A stretch of DNA of 32,713 nt from Pseudomonadota bacterium (GCA_043798915.1 JAZDOG010000098.1:1-32713); one strand, 5' to 3'; numbered from the stretch's first letter, positions 17,065 to 28,583 are shown. Notes: generated by a model from the letters alone, not told the origin. Numbers and translations are program-made.

Positions 17065-18096
17065 ATGGAAGACCTGAAATGCATTTTAAAAAAATGGCAA
17101 ACTTTCTTAAATGACAAAGATGAGAAGGAATACCTCACAATATTCGTTCACATCCCGTTTTGTTCCTCCAAATGCAGATATTGCATGTACGCCTCGCGGG
17201 TATTGAAGGATCGCAGCCAGATCGACGATCATCTCATTTTTTTGGACAAGGAGATGTCATATTTTTCCCAGTTATTCAGAAAAGAAAAAATATCCTGCCT
17301 TTATATAGGCGGCGGCACCCCATCGATCATGTCTGTGGATCAGATGAAGAGGCTGTTCGATATCATACAATCGAATTTTGAACTGGATATGGATGAAGGA
17401 AACATGTTCTCCATCGAAACCAATCCAGCCCATCTGGACACTGACAAAATTGATTTTCTGACAGGCTCGTTCATCAACAGGGTGAGCGTCGGCATTCAGT
17501 CGTTTGACCGAAATGTTATGGAGGCAGAAAGGAGAAAGAATCCGTCCGGCGAAAGAATCTCGTATCTCCTCGGATATCTCATGGCGTCCCTGAAACATAA
17601 GAGGTCGAGCGTCAATGCCGACCTGATGATCGGCCTTCAGAAGGAGCGGAAGGAAAAGATACTGATGGGGCTCAATACCCTGTCGGACATGGACATCCCG
17701 AGGATAACCCTTTACGCATGCAGAAAAAAAAGAACCCCGGCCGAGCAAAAGAGATTTGAAAAATATGTGGTCTCATCGATAAAACATATTGATTCCCGCC
17801 TGACCAAATATCAACTGACGACGGACGACGTCGCCGCCTTTTCAGAGAGCAACATCTTTTATCACAAAGACATCTCTTGTGGTTTTAAAAAATGGTACGA
17901 TCCCCTCCCATCGATATACAACAACACCCTTGGTTTCGGCGTTGCTTCAAATTCATACATTATTCCTTTGAATTTTTGTTACAGAAGACGCCGGGATGGA
18001 TGGCACATAATCGCAGACAAGTACTATGACGGGGTATTCAAAAGAGCCAATGAAGCGCGAGAGACCCTTTCCGCCGATGATATATTGTACCTGTAG
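17065..18096 (+). CDS. HemN-like (class C type) radical SAM protein
   Basis: FVHIPFCSSKCRYC, LYIGGGTPS, ETNP, RVSVGIQSF, NADLMIGL; divergent and short C-terminus. Confidence 0.85.
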   Translation: MEDLKCILKKWQTFLNDKDEKEYLTIFVHIPFCSSKCRYCMYASRVLKDRSQIDDHLIFLDKEMSYFSQLFRKEKISCLYIGGGTPSIMSVDQMKRLFDIIQSNFELDMDEGNMFSIETNPAHLDTDKIDFLTGSFINRVSVGIQSFDRNVMEAERRKNPSGERISYLLGYLMASLKHKRSSVNADLMIGLQKERKEKILMGLNTLSDMDIPRITLYACRKKRTPAEQKRFEKYVVSSIKHIDSRLTKYQLTTDDVAAFSESNIFYHKDISCGFKKWYDPLPSIYNNTLGFGVASNSYIIPLNFCYRRRRDGWHIIADKYYDGVFKRANEARETLSADDILYL

Positions 18097-18099
18097 AAC

Positions 18100-19560
18100 C
18101 TATGCGGCTACGTAGCCGGCCAGCCTTGCAATCCAGCTCCATGCCAGTCCGAACACGACCGTCGCAACGGCCAGCGCCGCAAGCAGGACCGCAAGCCCCC
18201 TGCCCTCGATGGTGAATAACTGTTCCGAGGCTGCCTGGTCGAAGAAGATCGCCTTCACGATGCGCATGTAATAGTAGAGCGAGACGACGCTGTTCGCGAT
18301 GCCCACTGCCGCAAGCCACCAGAGCTTTGCATCAATGACCGCCGAGAAGAGATAGAATTTTCCGATAAAACCAATGAACGGCGGGACGCCGGTGAGCGAG
18401 AGGAGAAACACCGTCATCGCGATCCCCAGGAACGCGCCGTATGCCCCGGAGCGCCCCACCCCGGCAAACGCGGAGATGTCGTCCGACCCGCACCTGTTCG
18501 AAACTATCTGGACGACGAGGAACGCGCCGAGGTTCATGATGAGATACGCCACGAAATAGAAATAGACCGCCTCGTTTCCCTTCGCACTCGCACAAGCAAG
18601 ACCCATGAGGAGATATCCGGCGTGGGCGATGGAAGAATACGCGAGCAGGCGCTTCGCGTTCGTCTGCGGGATCGCCGCCAGATTGCCCAAAGTCATCGTC
18701 GCGGCGGAGACCACAGCGAGGATCGCCGGCCAGCCCATGGCCGGCCCGATGAGAGTGGCGACCCTCATCAGGACCGCAAAACCGGCGGCCTTGGGCGCCA
18801 CGGAGAGAAGAGCCGTGATGGGAGTAGGCGCGCCCTCGTATGCGTCGGGGCACCAGGCCTGCATCGGAACCGCGGCGACCTTGAAGAGGAAGCCACCGAG
18901 AATGAGGATCCCGGCTACGGTAGAGGCAAGCCCTATCCCCGATGAGGCCGGCGAAAACGCGAAGAGGTCGAGCGAACCCTGGAGGCCGTAGAGGATGCTC
19001 GCGCCGAAGAGGAATACGCCGGATGCCACCGCTCCGAAGAGGACGTACTTGAGCGCCGCCTCTGAGGACCTCACGGAATTCCGCGTGAAGCCCACGAGCA
19101 TATAGGACATGAGCCCCACGAACTCGATCGCGAGGTAGATCACGAGGAGGTTGCGCGCCGCCGCCAGCAGGTCCATGCCGACGACCATCCCTAAAATCAG
19201 GGCGTAATATTCAAAATCATCCTTCGTGGATCGTGAATCGTAAGTACCCAACTCGCGCGATTTTTGAGAAAACACGACGACCGCAAGCGCCGTCGCCGCA
19301 AAAATGAGTTTGAAGAACACAGCGGGGCGGTCGAGGACGAGAAGATTCAAAAAGAGCGATGGCTCAAGGACGCCCCACTGGGCGACGATGAAACACGACG
19401 ACGCGACAAGCCCAGCTGCGGCCACATATGGCGCCATGCGGGAAATGACACCCCCTTGTCTTACGAGGGCCCCAAGCGCCGCCAGGCAAAGCAGCACCAC
19501 CGCCACACCGCAGAGGATGAGTTCGGGGATGAAATATGTGAGGCTCGCTATATTTGGCAT
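18100..19560 (-). CDS. nuoN: NADH-quinone oxidoreductase subunit N
   Basis: EAALKY, FKVAAVPMQAWCPDAYEGAPTP, KRLLAYSSIAHAGY. Confidence 0.95.
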   Translation of the reverse strand: MPNIASLTYFIPELILCGVAVVLLCLAALGALVRQGGVISRMAPYVAAAGLVASSCFIVAQWGVLEPSLFLNLLVLDRPAVFFKLIFAATALAVVVFSQKSRELGTYDSRSTKDDFEYYALILGMVVGMDLLAAARNLLVIYLAIEFVGLMSYMLVGFTRNSVRSSEAALKYVLFGAVASGVFLFGASILYGLQGSLDLFAFSPASSGIGLASTVAGILILGGFLFKVAAVPMQAWCPDAYEGAPTPITALLSVAPKAAGFAVLMRVATLIGPAMGWPAILAVVSAATMTLGNLAAIPQTNAKRLLAYSSIAHAGYLLMGLACASAKGNEAVYFYFVAYLIMNLGAFLVVQIVSNRCGSDDISAFAGVGRSGAYGAFLGIAMTVFLLSLTGVPPFIGFIGKFYLFSAVIDAKLWWLAAVGIANSVVSLYYYMRIVKAIFFDQAASEQLFTIEGRGLAVLLAALAVATVVFGLAWSWIARLAGYVAA

Positions 19561-19572
19561 ATTAAAATCATT

Positions 19573-19656
19573 CCCCTCCTTTGTAAGGAGGGGTTAGGGG
19601 AGGTAGATACCGCCATAATCTACCCCACCCTGACCCTCCCCTTACAAAGGGGAGGG
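19573..19656. repeat. REP-like doublet
   Basis: Same inverted pair as at 2691, with central spacer ATACCGCCATAAT; lies between nuoM and nuoN. Confidence 0.9.
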
Positions 19657-19663
19657 AAAATAT

Positions 19664-21138
<1,475 letters not shown>

Positions 21139-21142
<4 letters not shown>

Positions 21143-23265
21143 ATAGCCAGTCTCCATATAAAGACCGCGAGCAACCCAGCGAGCGCGATGTAGAAGTAGT
21201 GCTGTATCCTTCCCGTCTGAATCGTCCGAAGCCTCTTGCCAGCCGCGATGGTGGCTCCGGCGACGCAATTGACCGCTCCGTCCACAAAGAGGTCGTCCCA
21301 CCAACCGGAGACCCTGGCCGAAAGGACGCCGAAGGCGCCGGCGAGGTTCACCGCGCCGTCGACTACGGCGTCATCGAACCACTTGAGCGCAGCGTTGAAG
21401 GCGATGAGCGGCCGGACGAAGATGGCATCATATATCTCGTCCACATAATATTTATTGAGGACCAGGACGTAGAGGCGCCGGAAGCTCTTCGTAAACGCCT
21501 CCACGAGGTTCAGCTTTTTCGTGTAGAGCCACGTCGAGATCGCGATGCCGGCGACGGCGACCATCACCGAAACGATCATCAGCAGATATTCGAGCGATGC
21601 CGGGTGCGCCGTTTCCCCTTCCGATGCTGCGGCGGGGAAGACCGGCCCCAGCCAGTCCGCGATCAGATTCGGGATGTGGATATATTTTCCTATCGCTGCC
21701 GGCACACCCAGGACACCGCCGAGGACCGAAAGGACCGCGAGCGCCGCGACGACCCACGTCATGATCTTCGAATGCTCGACCGGCGTAAACGGCTGAAAAT
21801 GCTGATCGACGCGGCGTTTGTCCTCCAGCGCATCCCTCTCATGCTGCTCGTAGTCGTGCTCGCGCCTGAGCTTGCCCAGAAAGACGAGCGAGACGCACCG
21901 GAACATGTAGAACGCCGTCGCAAACGCGCTCGCGAGGCCTACCGTCCAGAGCCCGTAATAGAGCTTCGCATGCCCGCCCCGAAGGAATGCCTGCCACAGT
22001 ATCTCATCCTTGCTGAAGAACCCCGACAGCGGAAAGATCCCGGAGAGTGCGAGCGTGGCCGCGACAAAAGAGACGAAGGTGACCGGCATGAATTTCCTGA
22101 ATCCCCCCATCCTCTTGATGTTCTGCTCGTGATGCATCCCGAGGATCACGCAGCCGGCGCCCAGGAAGAGGCATGCCTTGAAGAATGCGTGCGTCACGAG
22201 ATGAAAGATTCCGGAGGCGTACATCCCAGTCCCCATACCGAGGAACATGTATCCCAGCTGGCTCACGGTCGAATAGGCGAGCACCTTCTTGATGTCGTCC
22301 TGCGCGAAGCCGATCGTTGCGGCGAAGAGGGCCGTCGCCGCGCCGACCGCCGCCACGACCGCGAGGGCCGCCGGCGACATCGCGTAGAGGAAGCTCATCC
22401 GCCCGATCATATAGACGCCGGCGGTGACCATCGTCGCGGCGTGGATGAGCGCCGAGACCGGCGTGGGGCCTGCCATCGCATCCGGCAGCCAGACGTAGAG
22501 CGGTATCTGCGCGGATTTTCCCGTCGCGCCGAAGAAGAGCAGCAGGCAGACGAGCGTCACGAGCGGTATCGGACCCGCCATCGCGCCCTGAAGCAGGCCG
22601 GCGTTCGCCTTGAGATCTACGAATGCAAACGCCGGATGACCCACGGCATACATCCCCCAGAAGAGGACGAGGATGCCGAGCAGAAACCCGAAGTCGCCGA
22701 TTCGATTGACGACGAACGCCTTCATGCCGGCGACGGCGTTCGGCTTGTGCTCGTACCAGAACGCGATGAGAAGATACGAGCAGAGCCCCACGCCCTCCCA
22801 TCCTACGAACATGAGGAGGAGGTTGTCGGCCATCACGAGCATGAGCATCGCAAAGGTGAAGAGGTTGAGATAGGAGAAGAAGCGCGCATAGTCCGGGTCC
22901 GCGTTCATGTAGCCCGTGGAATAGAGGTGGATGAGGAAGCCCACGCCCGTGACGACGAGCATCATCACGACGGAGAGCTGGTCGATGAGAAAGCCGGCGT
23001 TCACGCCGACCGAATTGATTCTCACCCATTCGAACCACGTGACAGAGACGCTCCTCGCCGCCGGATCGAGGACCCACAGGTCGTGAAGGCAGCCAAATGA
23101 AAGGATGAGCGAGGCCAGCACCGAGATGCAGCCGACCAAATAGACGAACCGCCGCGAGGCCCTGATCCCCGAAAACGCGACGAAGCCATTGGCCGCCGCT
23201 CCGAGGAGCGGGATGAGTGGGATGAGATAGCTTATGTTTATAAAATTCATAATCTCTACCAACAT
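21139..23265 (-). CDS. nuoL: NADH-quinone oxidoreductase subunit L
   Basis: GWEGVGLCSYLLI, GKSAQIPLYVWLPDAMAGPTPVSALIHAATMV, DIKKVLAYSTVSQLG; start 23265 or 23250. Confidence 0.96.
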
Positions 23266-23360
23266 CCCCCTCCTTTGTAAGGAGGGGCTAGGGGAGGTAG
23301 ATCAGCGTTGAATACCTGATCTACCCCACCCTGACCCTCCCCTTACAAAGGGGAGGGGAT
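23266..23360. repeat. REP-like doublet
   Basis: Same inverted pair with spacer ATCAGCGTTGAATACCTGAT; lies between nuoK and nuoL. Confidence 0.9.
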
Positions 23361-23364
23361 AGTT

Positions 23365-23664
23365 TTAATGCCTCAGCGTATCCGCGTTAGACACATCTAT
23401 CGAATCGAACCGCCGACGTATCGCGAGCAGGAGTGAGAGCGCGACCACCGCCTCCGCCGCCGCGAGCACGATGATGAAGAGCGTCATCACATGCCCGTCG
23501 ATGCGGTTCCCCTGAAAATGCGAGAACGCGATGAAGTTGAGGCCGGAGGCGTTGAGCATCAGCTCTATGCCCATGAGTATGCCGACGGCATTCACGCGCG
23601 TGAGGCACGTGTAGAGGCCGAGCAGAAACAGGATCAGGCCTACTATGAGATAATGTTCTAACAT
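23365..23664 (-). CDS. nuoK: NADH-quinone oxidoreductase subunit K
   Basis: IELMLNA and AAAEAVVAL motifs, 99 aa, operon position. Confidence 0.93.
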   Translation of the reverse strand: MLEHYLIVGLILFLLGLYTCLTRVNAVGILMGIELMLNASGLNFIAFSHFQGNRIDGHVMTLFIIVLAAAEAVVALSLLLAIRRRFDSIDVSNADTLRH

Positions 23665-24158
23665 TTAACTTCCCTTCGTCCCAACACCACTGCCCCGACC
23701 ATGACGAGCACGAGCAGGAGCGACGCAACTTCAAATGGAAGCAGGTAATCACCGAGCAGTTTCTCACCTATCAGCGCAGTAGTCGGCACAAACTCCTCGG
23801 AGGGGAGCGCCGCCCAGCCTGCAGACCTGTACGTCCTCCAGATGAGCGCGCCAAGCGCCGCGACTGCCGGCAGAGCGACCATCGGCGCCATCGTCCGGTT
23901 CGTGATCTTCGCCTGGCCTATCTTCGTAGTCAGCATGACCGCGAAGAGGATGAGGACCAGGATGCCGCCGATGTAGATGACCAGCTGCACGATCGCCACG
24001 AAATCGGCCGAGAGCAGGATGTAGAGCCCCATGACGCCGGCAAAGGCGCCGAGCAACGCAAAGGCGGAATGGACGAGGTTGCGCGAAAAGGCGACGACGC
24101 ACGCCGAGCCTATCGTGACGGCGGAGATCGCGAGAAATATGATTGTGCGAATGTCCAT
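23658..24158 (-). CDS. nuoJ: NADH-quinone oxidoreductase subunit J
   Basis: NLVHSA, QLVIYIGGILVLILFAVML, YLLPFE. Confidence 0.93.
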   Translation of the reverse strand: MDIRTIIFLAISAVTIGSACVVAFSRNLVHSAFALLGAFAGVMGLYILLSADFVAIVQLVIYIGGILVLILFAVMLTTKIGQAKITNRTMAPMVALPAVAALGALIWRTYRSAGWAALPSEEFVPTTALIGEKLLGDYLLPFEVASLLLVLVMVGAVVLGRREVKC

Positions 24159-24159
24159 T

Positions 24160-24624
24160 CTATGAATTCCCCTCAGCCTTCTTCGCCGATGGTCTGTACG
24201 GCACGACCGGAGCTCCCTTGACGAACCTGAACACGAGCTCCTTGAGGTCCGGCGTTGCGCGCTCGAACTCGCGGGAGAAATGGACCGCGCTCGTCGGGCA
24301 TGCCTCCGTGCAGAGCCCGCAGAACATGCACAGACCGATGTCGATGTCGAACCTCGATATCAGCCGTTGCGAGGGGGATTTCATTATCTCAACCTTTATG
24401 CACTGTATGGGGCAGGCCTGTTGGCAAAGCGTGCATGCGGTGCAGGCTCCCAAATCGACGTCGAGAAAGCCGCGATAGACAGGCGGCAGCATCTCCTTGA
24501 CGGGCTTCATAGTCCTGTCCGGATACTGGACGGTGATCGGCCGGCGCAAAAGGTGGCTCGCAGTGATCGTGAGGCCCTCGACTATCGTCGTGGCCGCCTT
24601 GGCTATGCCTGTGAAATAACCCAT
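24160..24624 (-). CDS. nuoI: NADH-quinone oxidoreductase subunit I
   Basis: TVQYP and two CxxCxxCxxxCP ferredoxin motifs; start ATG 24624 or GTG 24630. Confidence 0.93.
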   Translation of the reverse strand: MGYFTGIAKAATTIVEGLTITASHLLRRPITVQYPDRTMKPVKEMLPPVYRGFLDVDLGACTACTLCQQACPIQCIKVEIMKSPSQRLISRFDIDIGLCMFCGLCTEACPTSAVHFSREFERATPDLKELVFRFVKGAPVVPYRPSAKKAEGNS

Positions 24625-24634
24625 CCGCACTCCA

Positions 24635-25843
24635 TCATATGATCGGGTTCAGATCGAACCGGCTCTTCGTGAAACGCATGTGCCACAACACCCGCCGGAT
24701 AAAATAGAAGATGAACAATGCCGCGGCGCCAGCCAGCGCCAGACTCACGAGCAGAATCCCCGCCGGAAAAAGAAGCATCCACACGGCGGTCCCGATGAGG
24801 GATGCAAATGCGAACGGCGTGAGATAGAGCCACGACACGCGCATGAGCTGATCGACGCGCAGCCTCGGCAGCGTCCAGCGGATATGGATGATCAGAAAGA
24901 CCCAGATCCACGCCTTCGCCTGAAACACCGCGAGCTCGATGATGTGCGGGAGCGCGAACCACTTGCCCGCCGCCCACCCATGCAAGCCCGCCGGTATCTG
25001 CCAGCCGCCCAGGAAGAGCGCTGCGGCGAGCGCGCCAACGACATAGAGGTTGCCCCACTCCGCGAAGAAGAAGAAGAGGAAGCGCATGCCGCTGTATTCG
25101 GTGTTGTATCCGGCGACGAGCTCGCTCTCTGCCTCGGGAATATCGAACGGCGTGCGGTTACCCTCCGCCACGGCGGCGATGAGGAATATGACGAACGCGA
25201 TCGCCGCGAACGGCTGCGAGAAGACGAACCACTTGAGGGGCGACGCACCCTGCGCGCGGATGATCCCCTGCAACGACAGCGTCCCCGACGAGAGCACGAC
25301 GACGAGGAACGAGAGGACGATCGGTATCTCATAGGAGACCATCTGCGCCGCCGAGCGCATGCCGCCCAAGAGGGACCATTTGTTGTTCGAACTCCACCCC
25401 GCGGCGAGGAGGCCGATCACGACCAGTCCCCATGCGCCGACGATATAGAGAAGGCCCACGTTGAGGTCCGCGCCGATGAGGAGCGATGAGAATGGAATCG
25501 TGACGAGCGTCATCGCGACACCGACGAAGACAGGATACGGCGCGAAGCGAAAGAGGAGGCGGTCCGCGGAATCGGGGATCAGGTCTTCCTTCAGCCAGTT
25601 CTTGAGGCCGTCGGCCAGCCACTGGATGACACCCTGCGGCCCCACCCTGTTCGGCCCGATCCTGCTCATGATCCGGCCGGCGATCCTGCGCTCGAGCCAG
25701 CTCACCGGCCCGGCGAAGAGCGCGAAGAAAGTGAGAAGGATTGCGGAGACGATCAGGTACCATATCGCATCGGCGATCCATGATGGCAGGGCAGGAAAAT
25801 ACATTCCAATTTGCCGAACGAAAAAGTCCATTGATATCGCCAA
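24635..25843 (-). CDS. nuoH: NADH-quinone oxidoreductase subunit H
   Basis: ERRIAGRI..RIGPNRVGP, RSAAQMVSYE, NRTPFDIPEAESELVAGYNTEYS, PRLRVDQL; start uncertain. Confidence 0.95.
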   Translation of the reverse strand: MAISMDFFVRQIGMYFPALPSWIADAIWYLIVSAILLTFFALFAGPVSWLERRIAGRIMSRIGPNRVGPQGVIQWLADGLKNWLKEDLIPDSADRLLFRFAPYPVFVGVAMTLVTIPFSSLLIGADLNVGLLYIVGAWGLVVIGLLAAGWSSNNKWSLLGGMRSAAQMVSYEIPIVLSFLVVVLSSGTLSLQGIIRAQGASPLKWFVFSQPFAAIAFVIFLIAAVAEGNRTPFDIPEAESELVAGYNTEYSGMRFLFFFFAEWGNLYVVGALAAALFLGGWQIPAGLHGWAAGKWFALPHIIELAVFQAKAWIWVFLIIHIRWTLPRLRVDQLMRVSWLYLTPFAFASLIGTAVWMLLFPAGILLVSLALAGAAALFIFYFIRRVLWHMRFTKSRFDLNPII

Positions 25844-25939
25844 GGCTTATCCAGCCATGGGATTACGCCCCTCCCCATGTCCTGCAACAGACTGCTCCCC
25901 GGCTGAATACACCAAGATTTTAATTACCAGAACAACCTG

Positions 25940-26128
25940 TTAGATATCCCCCTTGCGAAACTGTTCCCATATCCTTCGACGCCTGGGTGTAAGACCCTCA
26001 TAAGAAAGTTTTGCGGCATCGTCGAGCCATGCAAGCCGCATCTCGGGCGGCATCTTCCTGTATTCCCGAATCATCTCGCGCGTGATGTGGGACTTTACCC
26101 CGCCAAGTTTTGACTCATCCCTTGTCAT
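25940..26128 (-). CDS. Small hypothetical protein (62 aa), likely partner of the nucleotidyltransferase
   Basis: AGGAGG RBS, overlaps the upstream gene; helical MPPEMRLAWL segment. Confidence 0.65.
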   Translation of the reverse strand: MTRDESKLGGVKSHITREMIREYRKMPPEMRLAWLDDAAKLSYEGLTPRRRRIWEQFRKGDI

Positions 26129-26633
26129 TAGCAAGCTCCTCCTTGAGTTTCTCCAGTGCTTCGATGTCCGACATATCCTGCAATCTCATCGCCTCGCGTT
26201 TTAGCTGAATCAAGTGGTCTATGGATACTATGGGGATTGTGATATTGTCGAGGGTGATAGTCTCCTTGTCGCGCCACATATCGGCAAACGGTATCGGCTC
26301 GTTGACAAATACATCTACAACCTCATAAGGCAAATCGGGTTTCTGAAATGAAAAGACGCGCATGTTTTTTTCTGCAATCCAGCGCTTGCGGTTTTCAGGG
26401 TCGGCGAAGGCCTCTGCCGGAACCGGCACTTTTGGCTTGAAACCCAGCCTCGTCATGCACTGCGCAAACTTCACGACATTTTCCCGTTCGAGCGCGACGA
26501 TCAGATCGAGGTCAGCGGTGAACCGCGGCACACCCAACAGATTGACCGCAATCCCCCCTGCGACAACGAATTTCACATCGTTCGCCGCCAGCTCACTGAA
26601 GACATCCATGTACCATGAACGCATTTTATTCAC
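26115..26633 (-). CDS. Minimal nucleotidyltransferase-fold protein
   Basis: VVAGGIAV, RFTADLD, VDVF and LIQLKREAMRLQDMSD motifs of pol-beta-like NTases; GTGA overlap with upstream gene. Confidence 0.82.
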   Translation of the reverse strand: MNKMRSWYMDVFSELAANDVKFVVAGGIAVNLLGVPRFTADLDLIVALERENVVKFAQCMTRLGFKPKVPVPAEAFADPENRKRWIAEKNMRVFSFQKPDLPYEVVDVFVNEPIPFADMWRDKETITLDNITIPIVSIDHLIQLKREAMRLQDMSDIEALEKLKEELANDKG

Positions 26634-26923
26634 CCCTTTGAAAGGACATCCTTGAGCTCATTTTCAACGCCCGCCGTTCTGAGCACGATTTTCTTGTATT
26701 CTTTATACAGCGGAAATTTTTTATTCACTGAATAAATTCTGAGATTGCCCTTCAATTCGACTGACAACAGCCCCATCGATTCAAATTCTTTGATCTTCCT
26801 GGCCAGATTTCTCTTGTCCGCACCCAGGCGCCTCACTATCTCATTGAAATACAGAGATTCATCTTCGTGGAGAAAAAAATATCCCAGGAGTTTTCTCGTT
26901 GTTTTTGACGACAATTTCAGCAT
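26630..26923 (-). CDS. Winged helix-turn-helix (ArsR-like) DNA-binding protein
   Basis: LYFNEIVRRLG...LARKIKEFESMGLL...GNLRIYSVN; GGAGG RBS before ATG 26923. Confidence 0.8.
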   Translation of the reverse strand: MLKLSSKTTRKLLGYFFLHEDESLYFNEIVRRLGADKRNLARKIKEFESMGLLSVELKGNLRIYSVNKKFPLYKEYKKIVLRTAGVENELKDVLSKG

Positions 26924-26940
26924 TTTCCGGCCTCCAAAAC

Positions 26941-26987
26941 TACACCGATGAGTGTAAATAGTGACACCCATAGGTGTCAACTATTTT
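26941..26987 (-). promoter_or_regulatory. Sigma70 promoter overlapped by two palindromic operators
   Basis: Minus strand TTGACA-N18-TACACT; ACAC-N6-GTGT palindromes at 26942 and 26964. Confidence 0.65.
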
Positions 26988-27005
26988 ATGGGGAGTTTGA
27001 ACAAC

Positions 27006-27026
27006 TTGGAAACCAGGGTTTCCCAA
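27006..27026 (-). terminator. Possible weak hairpin after nuoD
   Basis: GGAAACC-AG-GGTTTCC inverted repeat, poor U-tract. Confidence 0.3.
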
Positions 27027-27059
27027 ACAGACAACCATGTAAGTAATGTAATCCTGCAT

Positions 27060-28178
27060 TTATCTATCCACCTCCGGCGCGACGATGTCGAGGCTTGAGA
27101 ACAGCGCCACGAGATCGGCGATCATGAGACCGGGCGCAATCTTTTCGATTATGCTCATCGCTGAAAATGAACCGGTCCTGATCCTCACGCGATAGGGTTT
27201 GTCGGTCCCGTCGCTCACGATGTAATAGCCCATATCGCCGCGCGCCGATTCGCACCTCACATAGACCTCGCCCGCCGGCGGCTTTATCTTTCGCGGAACC
27301 TTCGCCATGATCTCGCCGGATGGCAGCTGATCCAGCGCCTGCCTGACGATCCGCGCGCTCTCGATCATCTCGCGTATGCGGACCATATAGCGGTCGAACG
27401 AATCGCCCACCCTCCCCGCTTCGCCCCTGCCCACAGGCACGCCGAACTCGAACCTCGGGTAGACCGAATAAGGCATGTCGCGCCGGAGGTCCCACGAGAC
27501 GCCGCTGCCGCGGATATTGGGGCCGACGAGGTTCCAGGCGATCGCCTCCTTCCCCGAAATGATGCCTATGTCAGCGAGCCGCCTCACGAATATCTCGTTG
27601 AAGGAGATCAGCCGGTTGAATTCATCGACGATCGGCACGAAGTGATCGAGGAACGCGACGCACTTTTCCTTGAAGCCGTCGGGCAGGTCGTGCGACACGC
27701 CGCCGATCCTCGCGTAGTTGTAGGTGAGCCTCGCGCCGCAGACCATCTCGAGGAGGTCGTTGATCGTCTCGCGCTCGCGAAGGGCGTGGATGAATGGCGT
27801 GAAGGCCCCCATGTCCATCGCCATGCAGCCGGTCATGATGAGGTGGTTCGATATGCGGTTCAACTCCGATGCGATCACCCGGAGGAACTCCGCGCGCTGT
27901 GGCACTTCGATACCCGCTAGCTTCTCGACCGCCATCGCGTAGGTCTGGTTGCAGGTCATCGCGCATACGTAGTCGATCCGGTCGGTGTAGGGCTGGAAGC
28001 CGGCGTAGCCGACTATCTCTGGTATCTTCTCCATCGCGCGGTGGAGATAGCCGATGTCCGGGACGCACTTATGGATCACCTCGCCGTCGGTGGTGACGAT
28101 GAGGCGCAGCACGCCGTGCGTCGACGGGTGCTGCGGGCCCATCGATATCATCATCTCCTCTGTGCGAAGCCTGCCCAT
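27060..28178 (-). CDS. nuoD: NADH-quinone oxidoreductase subunit D
   Basis: [25 protein letters not shown]-terminal DIVAPEVDR; no NiFe CxxC motifs. Confidence 0.95.
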   Translation of the reverse strand: MGRLRTEEMMISMGPQHPSTHGVLRLIVTTDGEVIHKCVPDIGYLHRAMEKIPEIVGYAGFQPYTDRIDYVCAMTCNQTYAMAVEKLAGIEVPQRAEFLRVIASELNRISNHLIMTGCMAMDMGAFTPFIHALRERETINDLLEMVCGARLTYNYARIGGVSHDLPDGFKEKCVAFLDHFVPIVDEFNRLISFNEIFVRRLADIGIISGKEAIAWNLVGPNIRGSGVSWDLRRDMPYSVYPRFEFGVPVGRGEAGRVGDSFDRYMVRIREMIESARIVRQALDQLPSGEIMAKVPRKIKPPAGEVYVRCESARGDMGYYIVSDGTDKPYRVRIRTGSFSAMSIIEKIAPGLMIADLVALFSSLDIVAPEVDR

Positions 28179-28180
28179 AT

Positions 28181-28582
28181 TTATTTATCGCAGGGGAATT
28201 CACGGGAGCAGCTCATCCCCTGATACTCCTCCGGCTCCTTGTAGTCCTTGCGAAGCGGGTGGCCCGCCCAGTCATCAGGATTCAATATCCTTTTGAGATT
28301 CGGATGGCCGGTGAATTTGATGCCGACGAGGTCATAGGTCTCGCGCTCCATCCAGTCGGCGGATGGCCAGATGGGCGACACGCTTTGAATCTCTGGTGAT
28401 TCCTTCGAAATCTTTGCCTTCAGGACGCGCGTCTCCTTCCTCGCATAGGAGAAGAGATGGTACACGACCTCAAGATGATCGCCGCGGTCCGTGCCGGTGA
28501 GGCAGGACAAGCAATTGAACCCATCGCGCCTGAGTTTGAGGCACGCCTCGAACAATTTTTCTGACGCAACAAGTTCTTCCAT
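28181..28582 (-). CDS. nuoC: NADH-quinone oxidoreductase subunit C
   Basis: [36 protein letters not shown]. Confidence 0.95.
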   Translation of the reverse strand: MEELVASEKLFEACLKLRRDGFNCLSCLTGTDRGDHLEVVYHLFSYARKETRVLKAKISKESPEIQSVSPIWPSADWMERETYDLVGIKFTGHPNLKRILNPDDWAGHPLRKDYKEPEEYQGMSCSREFPCDK

Positions 28583-28583
28583 G

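Noticed and set aside
21199..23100. Long antisense or off-frame ORFs (also 3408-4712, 4447-6054, 4394-5425, 22004-23077, 108-854)
   Set aside because: They shadow well-supported genes in GC-rich DNA, are Arg/Ala/Gly-rich and show no motifs.
25847..25876. SD-like GGGGAGGGG followed by ATG-GCT-GGA-TAA in frame with nuoH
   Set aside because: Could be a mini-ORF or an eroded start, but nuoH is complete from downstream starts and nothing supports readthrough.
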